A DNA stretch of 64,000 nucleotides from Octopus vulgaris (Eukaryota). The position numbers were made by a program, and so were the translations under genes. The stretch spans positions 83,824,001-83,888,000 of the forward strand of contig OX597818.1 in assembly GCA_951406725.2 (NCBI GenBank). The letters run 5' to 3'. Within the stretch, counting starts at the first letter, position 1; every line of letters begins with the position of its first letter. Shown here one piece after another: positions 15,997 to 30,102 of the stretch. Below the pieces are notes generated by a model that was given only the letters and a program-made list of their open reading frames with translations, searched no databases and was not told the DNA's origin.

Positions 15997-16380
15997 TGCA
16001 ACACCTGCCCCTTCATCACCAACACGACTGCTATCACCGGCTCCAACCAACGAGCTGTACGTATCAGACATTCATTTACGTGCACTTCGTCTGGCCTCAT
16101 ATACTGTATTAAATGCAACCTCTGCGGAATGCTGTTCATAGGATAGACGGGACGCCGGTTGTCAGACCGATTCGCCGAACATCTGAGGGATATTCGTCTA
16201 CGGTCCTCTTCTCCCGTCGCACGTCACTTCCGCTCGGCCAGCCATTCTCCCGATGACATCTCTGTGTTTGGTCTCGCCCCACACGACGGTCTTCCACAAT
16301 CCAGGCTTCTCTTGGAGCAACGTTTCATCTTCACTCTACAGTAGCCCCACACGGACTCAACACAGCCCCCTCCTCTTAGT
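15997..16380 (+). pseudogene. Neptune-like PLE Zn-linker plus GIY-YIG endonuclease
   Basis: CNTCPFI...[40 protein letters not shown]...VARHF...RLLLEQRFIFTL, then frameshifted PHGLN. Confidence 0.9.
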
Positions 16381-16429
16381 GACTGCGCTCCACCTCTCTA
16401 GCTTCCCGCCTCTCATTATTTTTTTAAAT

Positions 16430-17223
16430 CATTATACAGAAACACACACACGCATACCCACGTATCCGCGAACAACCCCCCATAACATACCTACTTCCAA
16501 CACACCTACCTCCAACACACCACACACATATAACCTACACGCACTTGTACGCACACATACTTCCACACCTATACACACCCCCACACACATCCACGCACAC
16601 ACACACATGCCTGTGCACACACACCAACAAAACAATACCCATACAGATACGCACACCTTTATAAACACCCAGTAGAGACACACACATATACACGCACGTC
16701 ACGCGCATGTACATTAGGCCCACACAACCCCAGAGGAAACCCCATGCACACACGCGTACATTCACACACACATACATACATACATACACATACATACATT
16801 CACACATTTATTCATACATACATACATACATACATACTTACATACACACATACATACATACACACACATACATACATACACACATAAGTACACACACACA
16901 TACGCACATACACATATACATACGCACATACACACACATACATACGTACATACATACTTACATACATACATACACACATACACATGCACACATACACGCA
17001 TGCACACATACATGCATACATACGCACACGCTTACACGCATGCACACACACATACATATATTTGTATCCAGACGCATACATATATTTGTATCCAGACGCA
17101 CGGTTTTTTAGTTGAGAAATTGATGGAGTTCGGTTTTTTGGTGTGGGGGTTTGTGGGTTCGCGGGGGCGCGTTGGCGAACGCCTGGCGTGCGGCCGGCCC
17201 CATATGCGTGCGTGTGTGCGTGT

Positions 17224-17254
<31 letters not shown>

Positions 17255-19010
17255 GTGTATACATACATACATACATACATACATGCACGCGCGCACACAT
17301 GCATATCTAAATACATACACGCACACACACTTACACACATACACACATACATACATACATACACATGTACACACACATATACATACCTACACACATACAT
17401 ACACACACATACACACACACATACACACATACATACATACACAAGACATACATACATACAGACATACACACATACACTCACACATACAAACATACATACA
17501 CGCACACATACATACATACACACCCACATACACACGCACACGCATACATACACACACACAAGCATACATACATACATTACGCCCACACAACTCCAGAGGA
17601 AACCCCACGCACACACGCATGCATTCACACACACACACATACACACATACATGCATACACACATACATACACACACATACACGCATGCACACATACATAC
17701 ATACACACACACATACATACACACACATATACGCACATACACATATACATACACATGCATACACACACACATACATACGCACATGCATGCATACATACAT
17801 ACACGCACACACATAGACACATACACGCATACATACATACACACATACACGCATGCACACGTACATACATACACGCATGCACCCATACATACATACACGC
17901 ACACATATACATACATACATACATACACACACACACTTACACACATACACACACATACATACATACATACACACATACACACACATACATACATACATAC
18001 ATACATACACACACACATACACACATACACATACACACACATACTTACATACACTCATACGGACATACATACATACAGACATACACACATACACACTCAC
18101 ACATACATACATACATACACACACATACCTACATACACACTCGCATGCACATGCGCACCCATGCATGCGCGCGCGCACGCACACATACATACTTGCATGC
18201 ACGCATGCCTGTGGGGTCTGGCTTTATTTCGGGCGTACGTCGGAGCGTGTGCGTGTGTCTGTAGATTCGCATGCGCCCGCACCGCAAGGGTCTTTTCCAT
18301 CAATCTTTCAGTTGCGAAGTGTGTCATTGCATGCTTATATATACACACATATAAACATATAAACACACATATAAACCCCTACATTTGTACACACACGCAC
18401 ATACATACATTCACTCTTACGCACGTACACACACACATTTACATATATATACAACACACGCACACACACATACACACGTACAAACACACACTAATTCACA
18501 TACACGCCGACACATATACATACACACAACATATACCTCCACACGCACGCACACATACACATACGTACACACATATAAGCACAGACACACACATACATAC
18601 GCACACGAAAACATGCGCAAACATACGCACGCACACGCGCGAAAAAAACTCACAACCCCTCGGATACACGCATATACATCCATTTACGCTTACACACACA
18701 CACATACAAACGCACACATACACGCACACACAACTACACGCACATACATACACACGCACACGCACACAAATGAACCCACACATACATCCCATACGGCACA
18801 CAACCATACTTACACGCACACACATACATACACTCCCACAATTATACATACGTATATATACACACATACGCACGTACAAGCACACACGCACACATACACT
18901 AAGTTAAGCACAGTTACTCGCCAGACACACAAAAAAAAATGCACACGTACACACACACATACTACAACAAAACACACACACGATACATATACACGCACAC
19001 ACACATACCT
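16430..19010. repeat. ~2.6-kb CA/TACA-rich compound satellite within the PLE 3' region, with internal higher-order duplications
   Basis: Repeated anchor CCCACACAAC(C/T)CCAGAGGAAACCCCA at ~16719 and ~17582; GACATACATACATACAGACATACAC at ~17446 and ~18062. Confidence 0.85.
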
Positions 19011-19317
19011 CCCTGTTTCTGACATGCCTTTCTGACTTGCTAGGGTACCCCCGACACCACTCCTTAATTCTACTACTGCCTTCTACTAGCCATTGTCCAC
19101 CATATACACACACACACACACGCACACACTCTCACACACACACTTGTCATCGCGCACACCTTTTTTACCATTCCTTCTTTGATATAGCTCTCTTGTTTTT
19201 AAAAACATTTTCCTCCATTTTTACCACTTCCGTCTTTTTAGTATGTGACCTCGTGAATACCACCGGCGATTTTTTTCCTCTATCCTCCCGTCTCGGGATC
19301 TTTCTTTCTCCTTTTTT

Positions 19318-19344
19318 CCGACGAAGAGCTCCGCTCGAAACGTC
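19318..19344 (+). ncRNA. Hammerhead-like motif in PLE terminal repeat (family B, U4C)
   Basis: CCGACGA A GAGC-tcc-GCTC GAAA CG T C; helix I weak; element ends ~19452 in (TA)n. Confidence 0.55.
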
Positions 19345-19450
19345 ATACCCTCCTTCTTCCCTTCTTTCCTGAGCGTCCAATAATACTTTATTTGTTCCAC
19401 ATCCTTGCGTTGTTGTCTTCTTCTTTTTGTTTTCTTGTTTGGATTAACTT

Positions 19451-19481
<31 letters not shown>

Positions 19482-19492
19482 ATATACATACA

Positions 19493-19544
<52 letters not shown>

Positions 19545-19548
19545 AATG

Positions 19549-19618
<70 letters not shown>

Positions 19619-19625
19619 GCTTTTG

Positions 19626-19822
19626 GTGAATTAAGGTTACCAATTGTTTCATGTTAAGAAGAGTTGGAAAATATCTAAGTATCTTAACAATTTTTCAAAC
19701 TCATCCCACGGAGAAAGGTGTTCGCCTCCACCTTTCCTCATGTGATCGGCTTGAAAAATTGTTAATATATTGGATATTCTCCCACACTTAATTACACGAA
19801 ACCATTGGTAGGTTTAATTCAC
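19626..19822. repeat. ~95-bp-arm imperfect fold-back
   Basis: GTGAATTAA..TACCAATTGTTTCATGT / ACACGAAACCATTGGTA..TTAATTCAC; TTAACAATTTTTCAA / TTGAAAAATTGTTAA; GAAAGGTG / CACCTTTC. Confidence 0.85.
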
Positions 19823-21199
19823 AAATAAAGAAATTATTTATGCACTAATGCGATGTCGTGCACTCATTCCAACGTTCTGATTTTACGTATATATATAAAT
19901 CTGTATGTGTGTGCGTGTGTGTGTACAGATTGAGTGTGAGAGAGAGAAGCCAATTCGCATTAATAAGGAGAATCTTAAATGTAACACAGTTTTGACTGTA
20001 CCAGTCATTTATACAACATATTCAATTTTAACCTCAGTGCAACATCTGTTTCTGTTGCATGGATATCTCGTATCTTGTTTGTGCATCTGCATCCAGATTT
20101 AATTCGAGTGAAATACATGTCTTCCACTATTAAAGATTGTAGCGAACCGGTGTATAATGGTGTAGAAACTTTTATATTTTAGTAGGGGACGATTAAGTTT
20201 GTGTGCAAAGAATAACATGAAGTAGTTAGAAATCTGATATATCTAAAAACAAACTGTTCACAGATCGACAACAAAATAACACTGAGGTTTAGATTTCGTA
20301 TCATGAATATTAGATATTAAACTAGGTCAGAATATATTTCATCTACTAGACTTAATTTTAAAATAAATTTAAATGACGGTTGTATTCAATTAAGAGACAC
20401 TTAGACAATGATAATTACGTAGTATAAGATACACAGAATTTATTTTTAAGGCCAAGTTATTGAACATAATATTGAAGATTACTTCTAACTATAGTGAAAT
20501 CAGAATTTTTGATAATATATATCAAAATTATATCTAAATGAAGATATAACATCTTACTAAATATATAATAAAGTATTCTATATGCGATGTCTTAGAAACA
20601 TAAGATAATAATTTGTTGGAGATGTGTCGAACGAATCAATGTATAGCTTGCTTAGGAAATACGTAAGTAATGGTAAGTTAGGAAATCTAGGACTGAAGGT
20701 AAAAAATAGTATTAAGGACAACTGGGGTGGCGATATAATTTAGTATCGATCGTTAAAATGATATGAGATGAAATAATATGATGATAAGGTAAATACAGAA
20801 ATTTAATTAAGTGAGCTTATGCGATCCTCGTAACTACACAAGAGTGAAAATAAAGTGTCAGCAAACTATAGAAGAGGTAAGCATCAAAACAGCATTTGAG
20901 TTAATGGAAATATCTAAAGGTCCGCATGAAAATATACCGACGAGAAGAGAATTTATTTAATAACAATATTGCTGCAATTGAATTCATATTAGATTAATTA
21001 TTAGATAATTAAGATGAAAATATGAATTAATGGAGAAATTGGAACCTATAGAATAAATAGATAAAAAAAGGATATGATGGTAAGGTAAATATGCTAATTT
21101 AATTAAGAGAGCTTATGTGATGTCAAACTACACATAAGCGAGAATCTTATTGCATTTGTATATATGGTAAAATTGAAAGGTTTTGAAAACATACGAAAA

Positions 21200-21990
21200 G
21201 AGTCCTCGTGCTTTAACAGGATTTGTATAGATTTTCTCAAGCATAAGCAATACGAAGTGTTTTGGCCTTGGTATAGAAGAACTGAGTCAAAGATGGACCA
21301 AGTTAGATTATATGTTATGTTCTTTTCCCTTAGGTAGCGTACATGTTCGGCCAGAGAAGGCGGCGAGCCGGCAGAATCGTTAGCACGCCGAGCGAAATGC
21401 TTACCGGTATTTTGTCTGCCGTTACGTTCTGAATTCAAATTCCACCGAGGTCGGCTTTGCCTTTCATCCTTTCGGGGTCGATAAATTAAGTACCAGTTAC
21501 ACACTGGGGTAATTGTAATCGAATTAATCCCTTTGTCTGTCCTTGTTTGTCCCCTCTATGTTTATCCCTTTGTGGGTAGTAAAGAAATAGATATTTCCTC
21601 TGCCGCTACGTTCTGAGTTCAAATTCCTCCGAGGTCGACTTTGCCTTTCATCCTTTCGGGCTCGATTAAATAAGTACCAGTTACGCACTGCTGTCGATGT
21701 AATCGACTTAATCCCTTTGTCTGTCCTTGTTTGTCCCCTCTATATTCAGCCCCTTGTGGGCAATAAAGAAATAAGTGAAGTAGATTCACTATGCCTTTCG
21801 TAGTTAAACAAATTGAAATACGCGGAGTATCTTTGCTTCAGAAGTAACAGTAGCTCCAATATAAACCTTGAGGACGTTTTGGGGAATATGCAGGACCAAA
21901 CAATGTAATACTACATTAAACCTTTTGCAGTGAGCCTGCAACGGGTAATCCTCACGCATTTTGAAGTTTTGCCGGGGTTTTATCCAAGAG
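21200..21990 (-). pseudogene. Naiad-like PLE GIY-YIG endonuclease, frameshifted and split by a SINE
   Basis: YPLQAHCKRFNVVLHCLV...VYIGAT / LKQRYSAYFNLFNYERHSESTS / LAEHVRYLREKNITYNLTWSI...YCLCLRKSIQIL fits CPL.G.C..VVY...YIG.T..FK.R...T.L....LK...Y...W.I...C.LCL.E. Confidence 0.75.
21359..21774 (+). mobile_element. SINE S1, dimeric (3' part duplicated)
   Basis: Full head at 21359; core TTACGTTCTGA..AAAGAAATA occurs twice. Confidence 0.9.
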
Positions 21991-22173
21991 ACTTCACTTA
22001 TGGAACTGCTAACTGACATATTCTCCTTCTTAGAATTTTATCAGGTCTTTTTTTCATGTGAACACCGAAAACATGTATCTTTCTCTCTGGATATTTCTTG
22101 ATTTCTTGAATATATGGTAACTATAAAAATCCAAGATTAAAGATATTCTACATTTCTGTATTTTCTTTTTCTT

Positions 22174-22264
22174 TCTCCGATGAGGGAATACTTAGTCTAT
22201 GCAGAATTCTTTACTCAATAACATATGGTCCAAATGCTTAGCTATGTTTGAAACAGCTGTAAGA
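22174..22264 (+). ncRNA. Hammerhead-like motif (family C) in an inverted terminal repeat beside the Naiad-like fragment
   Basis: TCT-CCGATGA-GGG...(~65 nt)...GAAA-CAGCTG-T-A-AGA. Confidence 0.5.
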
Positions 22265-22375
22265 GAATTTGCGTATTTATTATAACTATTCTGCACTATA
22301 AATCATATGTTTTTGAATGATACCAAATATTTTACTTGTCCCTTATGTGTTATAATGTATATGTATGTATGTATG

Positions 22376-22455
<80 letters not shown>

Positions 22456-22626
22456 CAGCATGGCATACTCAATGTACGTGTGGTGTTAAAGGCTACAAAG
22501 CTGCTGTATTACGTCTAAGGAAGATCACATTAAATCTGCAAATTTAGTTGAAATACTATCGCTCTGAAACTGAACAGGAGTAACAAATACCAATATTTCG
22601 CGGTTATTTCCGCTAACCAGTAAAAT

Positions 22627-22689
<63 letters not shown>

Positions 22690-22743
22690 ATAGTGGCAGC
22701 AGTAGTAGCAGCAGCAGCAGTAGTGGTAGCAGTAGTAGTAGTG

Positions 22744-22789
<46 letters not shown>

Positions 22790-22822
22790 CAGCAGCAGCA
22801 GCAGTAGTAGCCGTAGCAGTAA

Positions 22823-22859
<37 letters not shown>

Positions 22860-22860
22860 T
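22627..22860. repeat. (GTA)n/(GCA)n microsatellite
   Basis: Directly visible. Confidence 0.95.
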
Positions 22861-23896
22861 TTGCATTTTTCTTGACCCTTAGGGTTAATAGCGCCAGTTC
22901 TTCGGATCCCATGGTTTTTGAAGGGCCGAGATCACATTCCTCTACAATAGAATACGTATCCGTTAGACAGTTGGAGGCTGGCAATTTTGAGGGACGCTGA
23001 TTACATAAATTCCAGAACTTTACTGCTACTCTATTTTAACGAAATCGAACCTGGATGAAAGGGATGGCAGGCAACTTGATTGCAGCCAGATTTGAACTTA
23101 GTACCCAAAGAGCCGGAGCAATGATGCAAAGTATTTTGTCAGACGTACCAAAGATTCTGCCAGCTCACCGCTTTAGTAATTGTAGTAGAAGTACAGCTTT
23201 AACAACGGAAGGATAAGAAGTACAAGAGGAAATAGTTTGCAAGATGGATGGTGAAATTCCGTTAGAGAGATGATGTGGTTGTAGTGATGATGAGCATATA
23301 AATTGTGGTGGTATTTGGCGGTTCAATGATAGGATGTTAGGTGCTGAACATGATGTGATTGTACAAGAGATTGTGATAGGCAACGCTAAAGATGGTGGGG
23401 AAAATGATAACGAACCGCGATCTGTGTAGTAATGCTGATATATGTATTATTGGTAATTGTGTTGAGAGGTGGTCGTGGCATAGAGGGCGCTGATTTTGAT
23501 GGCAGTAGTGCAGAGGGCATGAAGTGGTGTAGGGGCTCTTAAGCAACATACGTGGAATGTTAGATTCGTTGTCGTGCGAAGGAGCCATTATTATACAAAA
23601 GACATTCATTTTACAGAGTGTCTCGGCAATTCCTTCAGAAGCACTACTCCAAGTTAATATTTCGTATGGAATCACCAACACCTGTCACTAAAAGAAATTT
23701 TTCACGCATACAAATACACAGACACAAATATATATATATATATATACCACACACACGCATAATCACATAAATATATGCACGCAAAAACATACACTTACAG
23801 TAACAATGTATAGCGGGAAATATGTTTGTTTGTCTTTGTTTTATTGAGAATATATGTTAGTTTTCTAGTGTGTATGTATATACATATATATATATG

Positions 23897-23941
<45 letters not shown>

Positions 23942-24429
23942 GTATATTTACATTCGTGTATATATGTATGCATATATTTATACACACGCATACACATATA
24001 TATATACATATGCATATATATAATTACATATATATATGTATGTAAGTATGTATGTATGTATGTATGTATGTATGTATGTATATACGCATGTGTACGTGTT
24101 TGTGTACAGGGAAATGTAAATATGGAATTGACGTCCCATAACTAAGGCACCATTTTACATTATATGAAATATTAAATGCTATCTTGCGTACGCCATGTTC
24201 GAATGTTTGTGTATTGTTATCTATCTTTAGGTCTCTCTATCTCTCTCTCACACACACATACACGCACACTGTCTCTCGATCTTTCTTTCAGTTTCTTTCT
24301 CTTTCTCTCTTCCTCTCTCTCTTACTCTCCCTCTTTCTGTCTCTCAAGCCATTTTATTCATTCTTTCTGTATATGTATATATATATAGTTGAGTGTGTGC
24401 GCGACCGTGGGTTTATGCGAGTCTCTGTA

Positions 24430-24680
<251 letters not shown>

Positions 24681-24926
24681 ATATATATATATACATATAT
24701 ACATATATATACATATATACAAAAATATATACATAGATGATAGATAGATAAATAGATAGATAGGCAGATAGATAGATATGCAGATAGACAAAATAAAAAG
24801 TGTGATAGAGAGAAACAGAGTGAGAGAGCGGTATGGTTTCAGATATAGATACTTAGAAATATTTATAGGCAAAATATAAATAGGTGTATGTATGTGATAT
24901 AGCATATTTATAAACTCACCCATGCA

Positions 24927-24977
<51 letters not shown>

Positions 24978-25131
24978 ATATATAAACATATATACATAAA
25001 ATCATAAACGTTAAAATATGTATATTACATATATGTGCGTATAAATGAAGATATACATAGATAGATGTACACATATATAAGCACATTTAACGTATACATA
25101 TATATATATATATATATGGATAGCAAATATA

Positions 25132-25168
<37 letters not shown>

Positions 25169-25249
25169 GCACATACACACGCGCACATGAGTACTTACAT
25201 ACATATATACATGTATTCATACATACATACATATTCAAACATGACAACT

Positions 25250-25310
<61 letters not shown>

Positions 25311-25500
25311 TTATGCCTGAGGCGAAGACAGTATCCCAGTCGAAGTAATCGAACAGCACAGCTGCACTCACTTGAATCAAAATCATTATTTCTTCCTGCA
25401 AGTACATCAAACAGAGAGAATATTCCTATCAGCTCAATTTCTAAACGGAAAAGCGTACAGCTGTATATTACACAAAACAACATATACACACACACATATA

Positions 25501-25532
<32 letters not shown>

Positions 25533-26269
25533 AACACACACACATATATATATATATATGTATGTATGTATGTATATATATACTCACACACATATAAACC
25601 ACTCGCAGACACACACATAAGCACTGTTACTGACCATCTTACTGGTAGATCTTTGGCTGAATAATCCATTGTCACCTCATGTATGCATTATTTTCCACAG
25701 ATATATCAGATTCCTATTACGGAATCATTGGTTAACTTGGGATTGTTTAGCATAATACTCATAGCTAGCGAAGCCTACGAAGACAGTAATGAAGAATTTA
25801 TAGGTCTATGTGAAATATTTCGGCACAAAGATAGAAGTTTTTAATTCTGTTTTACCGGATGCATAAGCCCAAATCATTATTCGGTAAAACAGCTGAAAAC
25901 ATTAGGGATGGACATAAAAAAGTCACAAATAATGAGTACTTCACAAATACAGTCTCCTACAACTCTTAAACAGCGAGCTTTGCTTGTGAGTTATACCTAC
26001 CTTGGTCGTTGTGTCTTTGTGTCCATCAAAGTTTAACAACTGGTTTTGGTTTGTTTACGCTCCAAAACCTTAATGGTTCTATGACCTCCGAGACGGGCTC
26101 CAGCATGGCCACAGTCCCATAGCTGATACAAATGAAAAAGACAACCAAATACAATCTATCATCAGGTTCTATATGTTTTTGAAATTCATTAATTGTCGAG
26201 AAGTACGATAAAGTGAAAAAGTTCCGGATGTGCGAAAAAGAATACAAGAATTAAGGAATGGAGCATATA

Positions 26270-26400
26270 TATAGTTGAAATTTACAGAAAAACAAAAGAC
26301 GAAGACAGGTGTATAAACAATAAGCAATTGTATTAGATTAAAGCTCAGAAAGGTGAGAAAGTCTTTTACGTTTCAAGCATACGCTCTTCAGCAGAAAGGA
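26270..26400 (-). mobile_element. PLE terminal-repeat fragment (family B) with hammerhead-like motif at 26363-26398
   Basis: Minus strand CTTT-CTGCTGA-A-GAGC-gtat-GCTT-GAAA-CG-T-A-AAAG; downstream homologous to 45750-45840 and 62235-62325. Confidence 0.7.
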
Positions 26401-27009
26401 TCGGTTGTGATCGGTTGTGCGCGTGCGTGTGTGTGTATACGTGTGCGTTTGTACATATGTATGTGTATATCTTTGTATCAATCTATCTAAATTGATACAT
26501 AAACATACACACACACAGACATATATATATATATATATATACAGAGAGAGAGAGAGAAAGAGAGAATGACGTTTAAAGGTGTCTACTACGGACTTATGAA
26601 TGTGTATGGATTTGTCTATATGTGTCTATACACATAGACCCCCTCACACACACACACTCACACACACATACACACACAAATATGTTAGTTGCTATCATTT
26701 ATGTTATATCAAACGGGGCATTTGACGGACAAATATTTCTGTGTCGAACACACGCGTACATATGATCAGAAAGTATATGCGTATGCATAAATACACCTAT
26801 ATACATCCATCCATCCATCCATCCATCCATCCATCCATCCATACATACATACATACATACATACATATACACATACATATACACATGCATACATACATAC
26901 GTCCATATATATATACACTTCTGTGTCAGTAGTATTAGTACCAAAATTTGGGTACTGGACTGGATGTTTGATTATGTGGGAACCTGGACATCAAAACCAG
27001 AATAGTACT

Positions 27010-27260
27010 AACCACAATACCAACTTCAACATTAATAGTGACACCAATATGATTCATGTGAATCAAAGTCTTTGTGATAGAGGTATAAGGTCAATCCAAA
27101 CAGCCTTTTGAATGTCGCATTGTAACCCTCAGACCACACCTGCTGAATATTAAAGAAAGAAATACGTATATTCCAGGCATACATTCCAAAAGTGAGAGCA
27201 ACATTTTCAGAGTTGGAGACGAACGACTGTGTAAATACTCTGAAAATATAACTAAAATCT
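27010..27260 (+). pseudogene. Very decayed Neptune-like GIY-YIG remnant
   Basis: NFNINSDTNMIHVNQSLCDRGI/GQSKQPFECRIVTLRPHLLN loosely follows FTC.S.N.IY...C...YIGQT...L..R...HR. Confidence 0.35.
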
Positions 27261-27511
27261 CACCCTGTTTCGCTGTTTCAGCTTTTCATTATTTCATATT
27301 TACATTTTTCCTGTTTTTTCATTTTTCAATTTTCGCTTTTCCTTTAAACTGTTCATTTCTCCTATCATGTGTCCACAAGTGCCTTAACTTACGCTAACTT
27401 CACTTAACGTCTCTTAGCTTAGCGGCCCCTGTTTTATTCCGAAGCTCCACTTCACTCACCCTTTCACCTTCTCAGCCTATCCTACTAACTGCGTTATCCT
27501 GTTGTCTCTCT

Positions 27512-27927
27512 TATTTCTTTTACTGCCCACAAGGGGCTACACACAGAGGGGACAAACACGGAGAGACAAACGGATTAAGTCGATTATATAGAAACCAGTG
27601 CGTAACTGGTACTTAATTTATCGACCTCGAAAGGATGAAAGGCAAAGTCAACCTCGGCGGAATTTGAACTCACAACGTAACGGCAGATGAAATGCCTATT
27701 TCTTTACTGCCCACGAGGGGCTAAACACAGAGAGGACAAGCAAGGACAGACAAACGGATTATGTCGATTATATCGACCCCAGTGCGTAACTGGTACTTAA
27801 TTTATCGACCCCGAAAATATGAAAGGCAAAGTTGACGTCGGCGGAATTTGAACTCAGAACGTAACAGCAGACGAAATACGGCTACGCATTTCGCCCGGTG
27901 TGCTAACGTTTCTGCCAGCTCGCCGCC
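27512..27927 (-). mobile_element. SINE S1, dimeric
   Basis: Two S1 cores in tandem; head CTGCCAGCTCGCCGCC at the right end. Confidence 0.9.
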
Positions 27928-28583
27928 GTCTGTTGTCCTCTGTACTAGAGAATACATCTGTCTCGTGCGACACAAAAGAGTCATGAGACTTTACAATTTC
28001 CATGTTGTATACACAGTGGTCAACGCCGCATGTAGGATAAAGATTTGTTATTAAACATTCTGACAGCGTCACAATCTTTACCTATTCTACGGCATTTCAG
28101 AAGCAATATTTGGGCATCGAAACTCCTGCTAGTGTGCAGCACAACCTATTTTCCTTGCTGTGAATATTGGTCTGAAAAATTGAAATTGCGTTCCGGAAAG
28201 TAAAGTAAACCATTCGGCGTAATGTTCAAGGATTAACGTTGCAATCTCAATTATTTATATTCTATACAAGACGGATAAGATTCTAGGTCTCTCAGGACTA
28301 GTGCTTATGACAAATCTCTTAAGTATTTCTAATTGAATAACTCACAACACTTCACTTTATAATTATTTCTGTAACAACACGACAAATAACAGCACGTAAA
28401 GACAAATATTATTATTCTAATAGCAATGTATTAGAGCCAATACTGATTAGTATTATAGTGTGAGTTATTTAAAAAATAGTGAGCAAATCCTCATATTGTA
28501 TTTTACTTTTTTATTAAAATGACGCTTCACACTGGAATATGATGGATCAGGATGTATAAAAAGAGAAGTCGGTCGTAGCTGGA

Positions 28584-28637
<54 letters not shown>

Positions 28638-28704
28638 ACACACACACACACATTTGTGTGCGCTTTATTGAAACATGTATACACGGAGACACAGACACAG
28701 TTAC

Positions 28705-28746
<42 letters not shown>

Positions 28747-28844
28747 ACTTTTTCTATTCCTGAGCGTTATACTAATACATCTGTTTGTTTTGTACACCAC
28801 CTGTATTCGTCTTTTATTGTTTTTTTTTTCGTAAACTCTCCCTG

Positions 28845-28956
<112 letters not shown>

Positions 28957-29054
28957 CTAGAATTATAAGCATAATTATAATTAGGGGGTCAGCTAATTGC
29001 TTCACCATATACCGAATTTAGAAATAGGCGCTAAAAATTCTTTTTCTACTACCG

Positions 29055-29092
<38 letters not shown>

Positions 29093-29198
29093 CTTCGCTT
29101 CTTTATTTATTTATATTTCCATGTTCTTTCCCGTCTACACTGTCACAGTATAGCTCTAGAAATTTAGACCAAACATACGACATTATATACTTATATAT

Positions 29199-29362
29199 AG
29201 GCGCAGGAGTGGCTGTGTGGTAAGTAGCTTGCTAACCAACCACATGGTTCCGAGTTCAGTCCCACTGCGTGGCATCTTGGGCAAGTGTCTTCTGCTATAG
29301 CCCCGGGCCGACCAAAGCCTTGTGAGTGGATTTGGTAGACGGAATCTGAGAGAAGCCTGTCG

Positions 29363-29444
<82 letters not shown>

Positions 29445-29640
29445 TGTACCTCTAGCATTGCTTGACAACCAATGCTGGTGTGTTTACGTCCCCGTCACGT
29501 AGCGGTTCAGCAAAAGAGACCGATAGAACAAGTACTGGGCTTACAAAGAATAAGTCCCGGGGTCGATTTGCTCGACTAAAGGCGGTGCTCCAGCATGGCC
29601 GCAGTTAAATGAGTGAAACAAGTAAAAAAGTAAAAGAGTA
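29199..29640 (+). mobile_element. SINE S2, full-length young copy
   Basis: GGCGCAGGAGTGGCTGTGTGGTAAG, GAGTTCAGTCCC, TCTTGGGCAAGTG, internal (TA)n(TG)n, tail (GTAAAA)n. Confidence 0.92.
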
Positions 29641-29943
29641 TATACTTTTTATATTTTTTTATATTTCTTTAAATTTTTACTCTTTTATTACATTTTGCAC
29701 CTACTACTTTCCCTCTTTGTGATCCCAAACTCATTAAAGATTCACTCCCCTCCAACTCCTTCCCTCTTTATCTCAACATCCAACCTCCTCATTCTATATC
29801 GAGTGAAAAACGGTATGGACGCTTTGTTTTTGTTTTGGTGTCTCGCTCTGCTGTATACGACTATGAGGATTTGAATCCCCAACGAAACTCGTCTTTTTCC
29901 CAAACTTATAATGTAATACATGTCTTTGGTGTGGTAACTGTGC

Positions 29944-30030
29944 GCGACTGAAGAAGGCTATTGACATACATATTACATCAATTATGCATTGATATAAACT
30001 GTCTAATAAAGCCAGAAACATATGTACCGC
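29944..30030 (+). ncRNA. Hammerhead ribozyme motif, canonical core, extended helix II
   Basis: GCGA-CTGAAGA-A-GGCTATTGACA..ATCAAT/ATTGAT..TGTCTAATAAAGCC-A-GAAA-CATATG-T-A-CCGC. Confidence 0.65.
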
Positions 30031-30059
30031 TAAATCCTTTGCATCTTGCTTTTCTTTTG

Positions 30060-30102
<43 letters not shown>

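Noticed and set aside
17255-18907. 550-aa His/Thr-rich ORF and overlapping long ORFs
   Set aside because: Translation of CA/TACA repeats, which lack stop codons; open in several frames and on both strands
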